NCBI GenBank assembly: GCA_963996865.1
Contig: CAXEHY010000092.1
Coordinates: 1-37,744, forward strand
Direction of reading: 5' to 3'
Length of the DNA stretch: 37,744 bases
Source: an uncultured Flavobacteriales bacterium
GTDB taxonomy: Bacteria; Bacteroidota; Bacteroidia; Flavobacteriales; SAT41
The translations under genes were made by a program, and so were the position numbers. The notes beneath the pieces were generated by a model that saw only the letters and a list, made by a program, of their open reading frames with translations, was not told the origin of the DNA and did not search any database. Positions 9,235 to 18,395 of this stretch are shown here, one piece after another (position 1 is the first letter of the stretch; each line of letters opens with the position of its first letter).

Positions 9235-9790
9235 TTCTGCATAACACAGTATATGTTTTATTATCTCCTATTTTTATTTTTAGTTTTTTATTAGAGATAG
9301 ATTTTGTATAATAAGCTTTATTTCCAGTCACTGAACATTTTGATGTCATTTTCGTAATCGATTCTGATATTGCTAATAAAAAAGGCATAGGTCCAAAAGG
9401 CTCTCCATTGGAGTCCATATCTAATCCAGCTATAAATATTTTATTTCCCATATTTGCAATTTTATTACATATTTCTGGTAATTTTTTATCAAAAAATTGC
9501 GCTTCGTCAATTCCGATGACAATATTTTTTGTTTTATTTTCTTTTTTTAAAAAAAATAAAATTTCTTCTGATTTTTTTATTTGAATAGCAGATAGATATT
9601 TTTTATTATGTGAAACTATTTTATTTTTATTATATCTAATATCTATTTCTGGTTTAAAAATCATCACTTTTTTATTTTTCTTTTTTTGATTTTTTAGTCT
9701 TTTTATTAATTCGCTAGTTTTACCCGCAAACATAGGGCCACAAATAACATGTATAGAACCACATTCTGAAAGACAATCATTTTTTAGCAT
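9209..9790 (-). CDS. tdk: Thymidine kinase
   Basis: GPMFAGKT Walker A, KPEIDIRY, IDEAQFF Walker B, AGLDMD..PFGPMP. Confidence 0.95.
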   Translation of the reverse strand: MLKNDCLSECGSIHVICGPMFAGKTSELIKRLKNQKKKNKKVMIFKPEIDIRYNKNKIVSHNKKYLSAIQIKKSEEILFFLKKENKTKNIVIGIDEAQFFDKKLPEICNKIANMGNKIFIAGLDMDSNGEPFGPMPFLLAISESITKMTSKCSVTGNKAYYTKSISNKKLKIKIGDNKTYTVLCRNEFYKNEK

Positions 9791-9814
9791 ACTAAAATAT
9801 TATATATTTAATTA

Positions 9815-9822
9815 CAAATTTA
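9815..9822 (-). promoter_or_regulatory. Bacteroidota -7 promoter element (TAAATTTG) for tdk-alr
   Basis: Exact TAnnTTTG on the minus strand, 24 nt upstream of the tdk ATG, in a 40-nt divergent gap. Confidence 0.5.
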
Positions 9823-9830
9823 ATTAAACT

Positions 9831-10508
9831 ATGGGGAAATTATATATAATACCAACTCCAATTGGTAATTTGGAAGATATTACTTTAAGAGCAATTAGAA
9901 TATTAAAAAATGTTGATATTGTTTTAGCTGAGGATACTAGAGTGACTAAAAAATTATTTTCTAATTATAAAATAGATACTTTATTATCTTCTTTTCATTC
10001 ATATAACGAACACAAAGTATTATATAATTATATTCAAAAATTGAATTCGGGAAAAATTATTGCATTAGTTTCAGACGCAGGAACTCCTTCAATATCAGAT
10101 CCGGGATTTTTGCTTATAAGAGAATGTATTAAAGAGAATATAGAAATAGAATGTTTGCCTGGCCCAACTGCTTTTTTGCCCGCATTAGTAAATTCCGGAC
10201 TTCCTTGTGAGAAATTTATTTTTGAAGGTTTTTTACCTGTAAAAAAAGGAAGATCTAAAAGATTAAAATTTCTCGTTAGAGAAAAAAGAACACTGATTTT
10301 TTACGAATCTCCACACAGATTGATTAAAACATTAAAACAATTTTGTGATTATTTTGGCAATAAAAGACGTGTTTCTGTTTCTAGAGAAATATCAAAAGTT
10401 TTTGAAGAAACTAAAAGAGGATATATGAACGATATTTTAGAACACTTTAACAAAAAAAAACCTAAAGGAGAATTTGTGATTATAGTAGAAGGCGAAAATG
10501 AAAAATAA
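9831..10508 (+). CDS. rsmI: 16S rRNA (cytidine1402-2'-O)-methyltransferase
   Basis: PTPIGNLEDITLRA, AEDTR, VSDAGTPSISDPG, FEGFLP, YESPHR, REISKVFEE, KGEFV. Confidence 0.97.
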   Translation: MGKLYIIPTPIGNLEDITLRAIRILKNVDIVLAEDTRVTKKLFSNYKIDTLLSSFHSYNEHKVLYNYIQKLNSGKIIALVSDAGTPSISDPGFLLIRECIKENIEIECLPGPTAFLPALVNSGLPCEKFIFEGFLPVKKGRSKRLKFLVREKRTLIFYESPHRLIKTLKQFCDYFGNKRRVSVSREISKVFEETKRGYMNDILEHFNKKKPKGEFVIIVEGENEK

Positions 10509-11244
10509 TATTAAAAAACCTTTTTTAATTGCGGGGCCATGTAGCGCAGAATCAGAAAAACAGCTATTTGCAACAGCTAAGAAAATAAAACAGTATACAG
10601 ACGTTTTTCGTGCTGGATTATGGAAAGCAAGAACTAATCCAAGTTCTTTTTCTGGAGTAGGAGAAAAAGGTCTTCCTTGGCTACAAAGGATAAATCAAAA
10701 ATTAGGATTAAAAACAAGCACAGAGATTGCCAATTCTAAACACATAGAGAAATGTTTAGAATATAATATTGATATGCTATGGATTGGAGCACGTACAGTT
10801 GCCAATCCTTTTGCTATAAACGAAATAGCTCACACTTTAAAAGGCACAGATAAAACTATAATAATTAAAAATCCAATACATCCAGATCTTCAAGCTTGGA
10901 TAGGAGCTGTACAAAGACTAGAAAAAATGAATATTAAAAAAATAATATTAGTCCATCGAGGATTTTTTATTGGTTCAAATAAAAAATACAGAAATGATCC
11001 AATGTGGGAAATGGCATTAAAAATAAAAAAGTATTTTCCAGGTTATCTTTTATTATGTGATCCTAGTCATATTAGTGGAAATAAAAATTTAGTTTATAAA
11101 ATATCAAAAGAAGCGTTATTGAAACATAAAATGGATGGTTTAATGATAGAAGCGCGTATTAATCCAGAAAAATCTTTATCAGATAAAAATCAACATATTA
11201 ATACTTTTGAATTAAAAAATCTTTATGCTAGTTTTATTAATTAA
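10498..11244 (+). CDS. DAHP synthase type I-beta-like catalytic barrel, with no C-terminal chorismate mutase domain
   Basis: IAGPCSAES, WKART, TEIA, WIGART, HRGF, YRN, CDPSH, GLMIE, SD; all four metal ligands (C, H, E, D) present. Confidence 0.85.
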   Translation: MKNNIKKPFLIAGPCSAESEKQLFATAKKIKQYTDVFRAGLWKARTNPSSFSGVGEKGLPWLQRINQKLGLKTSTEIANSKHIEKCLEYNIDMLWIGARTVANPFAINEIAHTLKGTDKTIIIKNPIHPDLQAWIGAVQRLEKMNIKKIILVHRGFFIGSNKKYRNDPMWEMALKIKKYFPGYLLLCDPSHISGNKNLVYKISKEALLKHKMDGLMIEARINPEKSLSDKNQHINTFELKNLYASFIN

Positions 11245-13081
11245 GATAGAATCTTCCAATTGATTTCGCCATTTGGGCTCGCGCTTTTTGTAATTTTATT
11301 AAATCATTTAAAATTTTATCATCACTATTTGTTTCAGCTATTTTTATTTCTATTTTTTTTATTTTTTTATTAAGTTCTTTTATTTTCAAAGTATAAATAG
11401 TTCCTAATGTTATCTTTTTAAGATTATGGTAATACCTTCTTATTTGTATTCCATATTTTTCCCAACCAGAACTTAAAGAAAAATCTTCTATTATTAAAGA
11501 CGACAATAATGAAGTTATTTCAGAATTATTATTTGACAAAAACTTTTGAGCGTTAAATGTTTTATATTTTGCTTTTTTGTTAAAAATTTCATTAAAAATG
11601 TGATTTATAGTTTGATTTTCAAAAGTGTATTGATTAGATATTTCATTTTCAATAAATGATAAAATATCTATTTCTTGATTATTAATTTTAATTTTTTCTT
11701 GACCATAATTAATCATTATCTTAATTAGATCTACTTCATGTTCCGGTATTTTTTCTTTTTTCTCTAATGGATTTTTTCTAATTATCTGATTTTTTTTCGT
11801 GTTATTTAGAATCATTGTCAATCCTTTTAACAGGATAGATTCTTCTATTTTTGATTTTTCTGATAATTCTTTTATGTAAACGGTGCGAGATATTTCGTTA
11901 GGAATTAATGAGATAGATTCTAGTATATTATTTAAAGAATTAATATTGTTTATTGCGTTATTGTTTTGCTTTAAAACATTTAATTCATATTCTATAAAAT
12001 CAATTTTTTTTGTTTTAAAATATTTTGTTAAATTTTCACTTGTGTTGTTTTTAGTAAATGAATCAGGATCTTCACCTTTTGGTAAGGGGAGAATTTGAAC
12101 ATTTATGTTATTACTAAGAATCATATTTATACTTCTTTTAGAAGCAGCTATTCCGGCTTTATCAGAATCATAAACAATAGTTATATTATTAGTTAATTTC
12201 GCCAATTTTCTTATTTGCTTTTCTGTAAGAGCTGTTCCAGAACAAGCAACAACATTTTTTATTCCAGATTGATATAGAGAAATTACATCTGTATATCCTT
12301 CTACTATATAACAATTCCTGTTTTTTGATATTTCATTTTTAGCAAAATAATAACCATATAATATTTCACTTTTTTTATATATTAAGCTTTCTTGAGAATT
12401 TATATATTTTGCTGTATTATTAGATGTTTTTTTTGTTCTTCCAGCGAATCCGCTTATTTTGCCAAATCCATCATGTATTGGAAAAATAATTCTATTGTTA
12501 AATTTATTATATAAGTTGTTTTTATTATTTATAATTAATCCTAATTCTTGTATTAATTCAATTTCGAATCCTTTTTCTTTTAATTTATTAAAATCTTTTT
12601 CAGTTTGATTTAATCCTAAACCTATATCAAATTTTTCTATTATTTCTTTGTTAAAACCTCTGTCTTTCAGATAATTTAATGTGTTTTCGTCTGCAAGTAG
12701 ATTTTTTTTAAAAATATCTTTAAATTCTTGATTAATATCATAAAGTTGTTGTATATGATTTTTTTCTTCTAATTTTCTGTCATTAGTTATATTTTCTATT
12801 ATGTCAATATTATATTTTTTAGCCACATACTTTATAGATTCGGGATAAGTCATGTGTGCATGTTCCATTAAAAAACCTATAAAAGTTCCTCCTTTTCCGG
12901 AACTAAAATCTTTCCAGATTTGTTTTGCTGGAGACACGACAAAAGATGGAGTTTTTTCATCAGTGAATGGACTTAGACCTTTATAATTTGCGCCTGTTTT
13001 TTTAAGATTTACAAAATCACCAACAATATCTTCAATATTTGCAGTTTCAAACACCTTGTCTATTGTTTCTTGACTTATCAT
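11237..13081 (-). CDS. dnaG: DNA primase
   Basis: EKTPSF, NRIIFPI, FAGR, AKYINS, TOPRIM motifs VEGYTDV / YDSDKAG, GEDPD. Confidence 0.96.
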   Translation of the reverse strand: MISQETIDKVFETANIEDIVGDFVNLKKTGANYKGLSPFTDEKTPSFVVSPAKQIWKDFSSGKGGTFIGFLMEHAHMTYPESIKYVAKKYNIDIIENITNDRKLEEKNHIQQLYDINQEFKDIFKKNLLADENTLNYLKDRGFNKEIIEKFDIGLGLNQTEKDFNKLKEKGFEIELIQELGLIINNKNNLYNKFNNRIIFPIHDGFGKISGFAGRTKKTSNNTAKYINSQESLIYKKSEILYGYYFAKNEISKNRNCYIVEGYTDVISLYQSGIKNVVACSGTALTEKQIRKLAKLTNNITIVYDSDKAGIAASKRSINMILSNNINVQILPLPKGEDPDSFTKNNTSENLTKYFKTKKIDFIEYELNVLKQNNNAINNINSLNNILESISLIPNEISRTVYIKELSEKSKIEESILLKGLTMILNNTKKNQIIRKNPLEKKEKIPEHEVDLIKIMINYGQEKIKINNQEIDILSFIENEISNQYTFENQTINHIFNEIFNKKAKYKTFNAQKFLSNNNSEITSLLSSLIIEDFSLSSGWEKYGIQIRRYYHNLKKITLGTIYTLKIKELNKKIKKIEIKIAETNSDDKILNDLIKLQKARAQMAKSIGRFYLN

Positions 13082-14043
13082 GTTTTTCTATTTATAATCA
13101 AATTAATTATATTTTTAATTTCGTCTTTATTGTTTAAAGAAAGTTTATTGATTAAAATAAAAGTTTTTTCTTTTAATGATGAAATTTTATTTTCAGTATA
13201 ACTTATACCACCTTCTTCAATTATAATTTTATAAATATTTTCTATTATTTCATAATTTTTATTGTCTTTTTTTAAAAGATTTTTTAATATTTTTTTCTTT
13301 TTTGTTTTAGAATTTCCTAAAACATATATTATAGGCAAAGTAATTTGATTATTAATAATATCTATAAATTGAACTTTTGATTTTTTGATTGATTTTTCAA
13401 AGTCTAATAAATCATCTTTTATTTGAAAAATAATACCAATATTATTTGTTATTATTTTTAATAAATTTTCTTCTTCTGTGTCTAAATTATTATTTAGAGC
13501 AATAAATTTTCCACAAGCACAAAACAAAGACCCTGTTTTTTTGTCAATTATTTTTAAATATTCTTTTTCTGTTATTTTTATGCTATTGTTTTTTTTCAAT
13601 TGTATTAACTCTCCTTCTATCATAGTTTTCACTGTATTTGACAAAATATTTAGATGTTCTTTTTTGTCATTTTCAGATGATATAATTACTCCTTTTGCGA
13701 GAAGATAATCTCCAACAAGTACAGCAATTTTATTTTTCCAAATACTATTTATAGAGAAAACGCCTCTTCTGAAATTTGAATTATCTACAACATCATCATG
13801 AAGCAAGGTGGCATTATGTAAGGTTTCTATAAGAACACATGAAATATAAGTTTCTTCATTTATTGAGTTATAACCCTTAGCAAGTAAAATTAATAATTGA
13901 GGTCTAATTTGTTTTCCTTTATTTTTTATAATAAAATCAATAACATTACGTAAAAGCGGAACATCGCTGTTTATATGTTGAGAATATTTTTTTTGAAATA
14001 TTCTCATTTCTTTTTTTATATTATTAGATAACAAATTTTTCAT
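13078..14043 (-). CDS. Long-chain trans-polyprenyl diphosphate synthase (menaquinone side chain, IspB/HepT-like)
   Basis: GKQIRP, ATLLHDDVVD..RRG (first DDxxD with small residues upstream), AVLVGD, KTG, FQIKDDLLD. Confidence 0.9.
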   Translation of the reverse strand: MKNLLSNNIKKEMRIFQKKYSQHINSDVPLLRNVIDFIIKNKGKQIRPQLLILLAKGYNSINEETYISCVLIETLHNATLLHDDVVDNSNFRRGVFSINSIWKNKIAVLVGDYLLAKGVIISSENDKKEHLNILSNTVKTMIEGELIQLKKNNSIKITEKEYLKIIDKKTGSLFCACGKFIALNNNLDTEEENLLKIITNNIGIIFQIKDDLLDFEKSIKKSKVQFIDIINNQITLPIIYVLGNSKTKKKKILKNLLKKDNKNYEIIENIYKIIIEEGGISYTENKISSLKEKTFILINKLSLNNKDEIKNIINLIINRKT

Positions 14044-14691
14044 TTAAATTAATTTTTCAACAATTTTTAAATCTTCTTTAGTTGTTATTTTGATGTTATA
14101 TTTTTCTCCTTTTAAATATGTTATTTTATATCCTTGAGCTTCTACAACTGATGAGTCATCTGTAAACTTAGAATTATATTCTTGATTGTACGCTTCAGTT
14201 ATTATCTCACTTTTAAATAATTGAGGAGTTTGTAGAAGTATTAACTGTTCTTTATTTATATTTTCTTTTTTTATTTTTACAGTATCATTTATTTTTATAT
14301 ACGGGACGACACATTTGTTATTTTGAGCTTTTTTGAATAATTTTTTAAGCAAATTATTTGTAAATAAAGGTCTCACCCCGTCATGTATCGCTATAATTGA
14401 ATTTTTGTCTATAAACTTTAAACTTTTTTTTACTGAATGAAATCTAGTTTCCCCCCCTTTTATTAGTTTATATTTAATTTTAAAATTTAATTTTTCACAT
14501 TCATTTCGCCAATATGTAAAGTAATTTTTATTTAAAGCAACTATAATTTTAGATTTAGGATAAAACGTGTTACATTTTTTTATAGTATGCATTAATACAG
14601 GGATACCTTTTAATTTAATAAATTGTTTAGGTATAGAATTATTCATTCTATTGCCATTTCCTCCGGCCAAAATGATAATATTTGTTTTCAA
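14044..14691 (-). CDS. ispD: 2-C-methyl-D-erythritol 4-phosphate cytidylyltransferase (TTG start)
   Basis: LAGGNGNRM, PKQF, GGETRFHSV, IHDGVRP, QTPQ, FTDD, NIKITT. Confidence 0.92.
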   Translation of the reverse strand: MKTNIIILAGGNGNRMNNSIPKQFIKLKGIPVLMHTIKKCNTFYPKSKIIVALNKNYFTYWRNECEKLNFKIKYKLIKGGETRFHSVKKSLKFIDKNSIIAIHDGVRPLFTNNLLKKLFKKAQNNKCVVPYIKINDTVKIKKENINKEQLILLQTPQLFKSEIITEAYNQEYNSKFTDDSSVVEAQGYKITYLKGEKYNIKITTKEDLKIVEKLI

Positions 14692-14693
14692 TT

Positions 14694-15749
14694 TTAGATA
14701 ATTAACATTGCGTCTCCATATGAGAAAAAACTATATTTCTTTTTTATAGCTTCTTTATAAGCCTTCATTATTAATTCAAATCCGCCAAAAGCGCAAACCA
14801 TCATTAAAAGACAGGATTTAGGAGTGTGGAAATTAGTAATCATAGCATCTGCTATATTAAATTTAAATGGAGGATAAATAAACAAATTTGTCCATCCTTC
14901 AAATTCTTTTAATTCATTTTTAGTCGTCACAGACGATTCTATAGTTCTCATAACAGTTGTTCCGACAGCGCAAACCTTTTTTTTATTATTTTTTATTTTA
15001 TTAATAATGTCAACACTTGTTTTCGGAATATATATTTGTTCTGAATCCATTTTATGTTTAGATAAATCTTCTACATCTACAGGTTTAAAAGAGCCAAGAC
15101 CAACATGTAAAGTTACTTCAGGAAGGTGAACTCCAATTATTTCTAATTTTTTAATTAGATTTTTACTAAAATGTAATCCTGCTGTTGGAGCAGCTACAGC
15201 TCCTTCATATTTTGAGTATACAGTTTGATACCTTTTTTTATCTTCTTCATCAGGTTTTCTTTTTATATATTTTGGCAATGGAGTTTCCCCTAATTTTGCT
15301 AATATTGTTCTAAACTCATCATAAGGGCCATCATATAAAAATCTTAGTGTTCTCCCCCTTGATGTTGTGTTATCAATAACTTCTGCAACTAAATTAAATT
15401 CTTTCCCAAAATATAATTTATTTCCTATTCTTATTTTTCTTGCAGGGTCTACTAATACATCCCATAATAAATTATCTTTATTTAATTCTCTTAATAAAAA
15501 AACTTCGATTTTTGCTCCTGTTTTTTCCTTTCTCCCATATAATCTTGCGGGAAAAACTTTTGTGTTATTTAACACAAGACTATCTCCGTCTTCAAAGTAA
15601 TTTATAATGTCTTTAAATTTTTTATGCTCTATAGTTCCCTTTTCTCTATTTACAACCATTAATTTACATGCATCTCTTTCAACAGAAGGTCTTGTAGCCA
15701 GTAAAGATTTAGGCAAATCAAAATTAAATTCAGATAATTTTCTTTTCAT
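14694..15749 (-). CDS. queA: SAM:tRNA ribosyltransferase-isomerase (queuosine biosynthesis)
   Basis: [56 protein letters not shown]. Confidence 0.97.
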   Translation of the reverse strand: MKRKLSEFNFDLPKSLLATRPSVERDACKLMVVNREKGTIEHKKFKDIINYFEDGDSLVLNNTKVFPARLYGRKEKTGAKIEVFLLRELNKDNLLWDVLVDPARKIRIGNKLYFGKEFNLVAEVIDNTTSRGRTLRFLYDGPYDEFRTILAKLGETPLPKYIKRKPDEEDKKRYQTVYSKYEGAVAAPTAGLHFSKNLIKKLEIIGVHLPEVTLHVGLGSFKPVDVEDLSKHKMDSEQIYIPKTSVDIINKIKNNKKKVCAVGTTVMRTIESSVTTKNELKEFEGWTNLFIYPPFKFNIADAMITNFHTPKSCLLMMVCAFGGFELIMKAYKEAIKKKYSFFSYGDAMLII

Positions 15750-15764
15750 AGAATTTTAAGATTT

Positions 15765-15772
15765 CAAATATA
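15765..15772 (-). promoter_or_regulatory. Bacteroidota -7 promoter element (TATATTTG) for queA-ispD-polyprenyl synthase-dnaG
   Basis: Exact TAnnTTTG in the 30-nt truB-queA gap, 15 nt upstream of the queA ATG. Confidence 0.55.
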
Positions 15773-15779
15773 AAAATTA

Positions 15780-16508
15780 TTAATTAGAATTAACAATAAA
15801 ATTAATTACTTCACGTAATTTTTTTGAATTTTCAATTTTATATTTTCCTATTTTGGTTCTTATTAGTTTTGATAAGACTGCACCACAGCCTATTTTTTCC
15901 CCAAAATCATTTATAATGGACCTTATATATGTTCCTTTTTCACATATAATTTGAAATTGTATTTTTGGCAAATCTATTTTAGTTATTATGAAATTAATTA
16001 CATTAACTTTTCTATAAGGAATGTTTATTTTTTCATTTTTTCTTGCGTATTCATATAATCTTTTACCTTTTATTTTTATTGCAGAATATATAGGAGGTTT
16101 TTGATCTATTATGCCTGTAAATATTTTGGCCGTTTTATTGATTATTAAATCATTTATTTTTTTATAATTCTTTTTTTCAAAGATTTCTGTTTCAAGGTCA
16201 TATGATTTTGTTTTTACCCCAATAATCATCTCTCCAATATATGTTTTGTGTAAATTTTGATATTTATATATTTCTTTTGTTTTTTTCCCTGTGCATATAA
16301 TTAATAATCCTTCTGCCAAAGGATCTAATGTTCCCGCGTGACCAATTTTAATTTTTTGATTGATTTTATTTTGTATAGCTTGTCTTATTTTTTTAACAAC
16401 ATAAAAAGAAGAGTCATACTTATCTTTATTTATTAATACAAGCTTCCCTTGTTGAAAAACATCTTTTATAGATGACTTATTATACATATTAAACCAATTA
16501 TAAAACAA
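15780..16508 (-). CDS. truB: tRNA pseudouridine(55) synthase (start probably ATG 16487)
   Basis: KIGHAGTLDPLAEG, PPIYSAIK..GKRLYEYAR, CEKGTYIRS, LIRTKIG. Confidence 0.96.
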   Translation of the reverse strand: MFYNWFNMYNKSSIKDVFQQGKLVLINKDKYDSSFYVVKKIRQAIQNKINQKIKIGHAGTLDPLAEGLLIICTGKKTKEIYKYQNLHKTYIGEMIIGVKTKSYDLETEIFEKKNYKKINDLIINKTAKIFTGIIDQKPPIYSAIKIKGKRLYEYARKNEKINIPYRKVNVINFIITKIDLPKIQFQIICEKGTYIRSIINDFGEKIGCGAVLSKLIRTKIGKYKIENSKKLREVINFIVNSN

Positions 16509-17251
16509 TAGTATGAGAAGTATTTTAAATTACTATTTTGAACTAATTTTATCATCCATTTACAGGCTATAAATCCAGTTATAAATGCCGAAAAAAATCC
16601 TATTATTAATATTACAAACATTTCACTTTCATAATATATCTCTCCCGATATAAAATCTTTTATAATTTTTCCTATAATTATAGGAATTACCATTAAAAAT
16701 GAAAATTTAGCAGCTTGTTTTTTGTTTATTCCTATCAAAACAGCTGTTGAGATAGTAGCTCCAGATCTTGAAATTCCAGGTAAAATAGCTATTGCCTGGG
16801 CAAGACCTACTAAAAAAGCTTTTTTTGTTGTTATATTTTTGTTTTCAGGGCTCTTTTTGTCAGTAAGCAGCAGTAAAGTACCAGTTATAATTAACATACT
16901 TCCTACTAATAATAAATTATTATTAAATAATGTTTCAATTTGATTTTCAAATACAAATCCAATTATCACAGCAGGAATCATAGAATAAATTATTTTAGTC
17001 ACGAATATTGAACTATTATTTTTTTCGATTTTTAAAAGATCGCCTATTATTTTTATAATATCTTTTTTGAAAACCAATAATGTACTAATAGCTGTTCCGA
17101 AATGTAATATTATTATTAATAATAAATTATTTTGCTCTATTTGGTTGTTTAATATTTTATTAGCAATTTCTAAATGTCCACTACTGCTTATAGGTAAAAA
17201 TTCAGTTAAACCTTGTATTATACCAAGTATAATTACTTCAATAAGATCCAT
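16466..17251 (-). CDS. uppP: Undecaprenyl-diphosphate phosphatase
   Basis: QGLTEFLPISSSGHL, HFGT, PGISRSGATI; multi-pass membrane protein. Confidence 0.96.
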   Translation of the reverse strand: MDLIEVIILGIIQGLTEFLPISSSGHLEIANKILNNQIEQNNLLLIIILHFGTAISTLLVFKKDIIKIIGDLLKIEKNNSSIFVTKIIYSMIPAVIIGFVFENQIETLFNNNLLLVGSMLIITGTLLLLTDKKSPENKNITTKKAFLVGLAQAIAILPGISRSGATISTAVLIGINKKQAAKFSFLMVIPIIIGKIIKDFISGEIYYESEMFVILIIGFFSAFITGFIACKWMIKLVQNSNLKYFSYYCFIIGLICIISHL

Positions 17252-17256
17252 TCATT

Positions 17257-17469
17257 TTAAGATTTTTTCATTATAGCAAAGACTTCTATTACTAATCCTA
17301 TTAATATTAACACAGGAGCCAATTTCCATCTTTGAAAATCAAAAATTTTATAACTAAAATTTTCAGGATTTTCCGAACCGCCTCCAATCATTAAAATATA
17401 ACCTAGGGAAATAAAAAATAATCCTAAAATCAATAATTTGTAATTTTTTTTATTAAAAGAAAATTTCAT
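17257..17469 (-). CDS. DUF3098-like small two-TM protein
   Basis: FNKKNY..LGYILMIGG..IFDFQR..LAP; located between ftsX and uppP. Confidence 0.85.
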   Translation of the reverse strand: MKFSFNKKNYKLLILGLFFISLGYILMIGGGSENPENFSYKIFDFQRWKLAPVLILIGLVIEVFAIMKKS

Positions 17470-17471
17470 GT

Positions 17472-18323
17472 TTAATTTATTTTTTTCAAATTATTATTAG
17501 TTATTATTAAGGTTGACATATAATTAATTAAAACCCCTATAATAATTATAAAAACACATGTAAAAGTAATAATATTTAAAAGGGATTCATTATAAAATAT
17601 ATTTAAATTTTTATTTATAGTTAATGTTATTATTAGAAATAATATTATAGATATAATAATCGACACTAATCCGTTAAATATACTATTTTTTAAATATGGT
17701 GTTTTTATAAATTTATTTGTAGCTCCTACTAATTTCATTGTTTTTATTATATTTTTTTCGTTTCTTATATTGATTCTTATAGTGTTTTTTATCAAAAAAA
17801 TAGTTATTATAAATAATATTATTGAAAAAAGAGATATTAGTTTTATAATTTTATTCATATTATAATTTATTTTTTCTATTAAATTTTCATGAAATTTTAT
17901 TTCATAGATTTCTTCATTAAACTCTTTTTTTAGAAAAAAACTTATTTCTTGATAATTTTCTAATGTTGTAAATTCAGATTTTAAAGTAATATCAATACAG
18001 TCAGACAAAGGGTTTACCCCATCTAAAATATTAAGAAAATCTTTTCCTAATATTTCCGTAAGATTTGATGCTGCTTGTTCTTTAGAAGTAAAGTCAATAT
18101 TTTTTACATATTTATTATTATTTAATGTTTTGATTATCCTTTTCACGTCAGTTTGGTTTATTTTATTTAAAAAAACATTCATTTTGATATTTTCTTTTAT
18201 GTTGTTAGTTATTTTATTTGTTGCCGCAAATGAAAAAATTAATAAAGCTAACAAACAAAATAAAAATGATTCACAGATGATAGTTGATATTGATGATAAA
18301 ATAAACTTTTTTTCTCTTTCCAT
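17472..18323 (-). CDS. ftsX: Cell division permease FtsX
   Basis: N-terminal TM, periplasmic domain with SKEQA..NPL, three C-terminal TMs, NTIR..IKTMKLVGAT..FIK.P. Confidence 0.88.
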   Translation of the reverse strand: MEREKKFILSSISTIICESFLFCLLALLIFSFAATNKITNNIKENIKMNVFLNKINQTDVKRIIKTLNNNKYVKNIDFTSKEQAASNLTEILGKDFLNILDGVNPLSDCIDITLKSEFTTLENYQEISFFLKKEFNEEIYEIKFHENLIEKINYNMNKIIKLISLFSIILFIITIFLIKNTIRINIRNEKNIIKTMKLVGATNKFIKTPYLKNSIFNGLVSIIISIILFLIITLTINKNLNIFYNESLLNIITFTCVFIIIIGVLINYMSTLIITNNNLKKIN

Positions 18324-18370
18324 AATATAAATACTAAATTAAAAATAATCTATTTTTTACATGATTTATT

Positions 18371-18378
18371 TAAATTTG
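18371..18378 (+). promoter_or_regulatory. Bacteroidota -7 promoter element (TAAATTTG) for leuS
   Basis: Exact TAnnTTTG 17 nt upstream of the leuS ATG in the ftsX/leuS divergent gap. Confidence 0.55.
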
Positions 18379-18395
18379 TTTTATAAATTTTTCAT

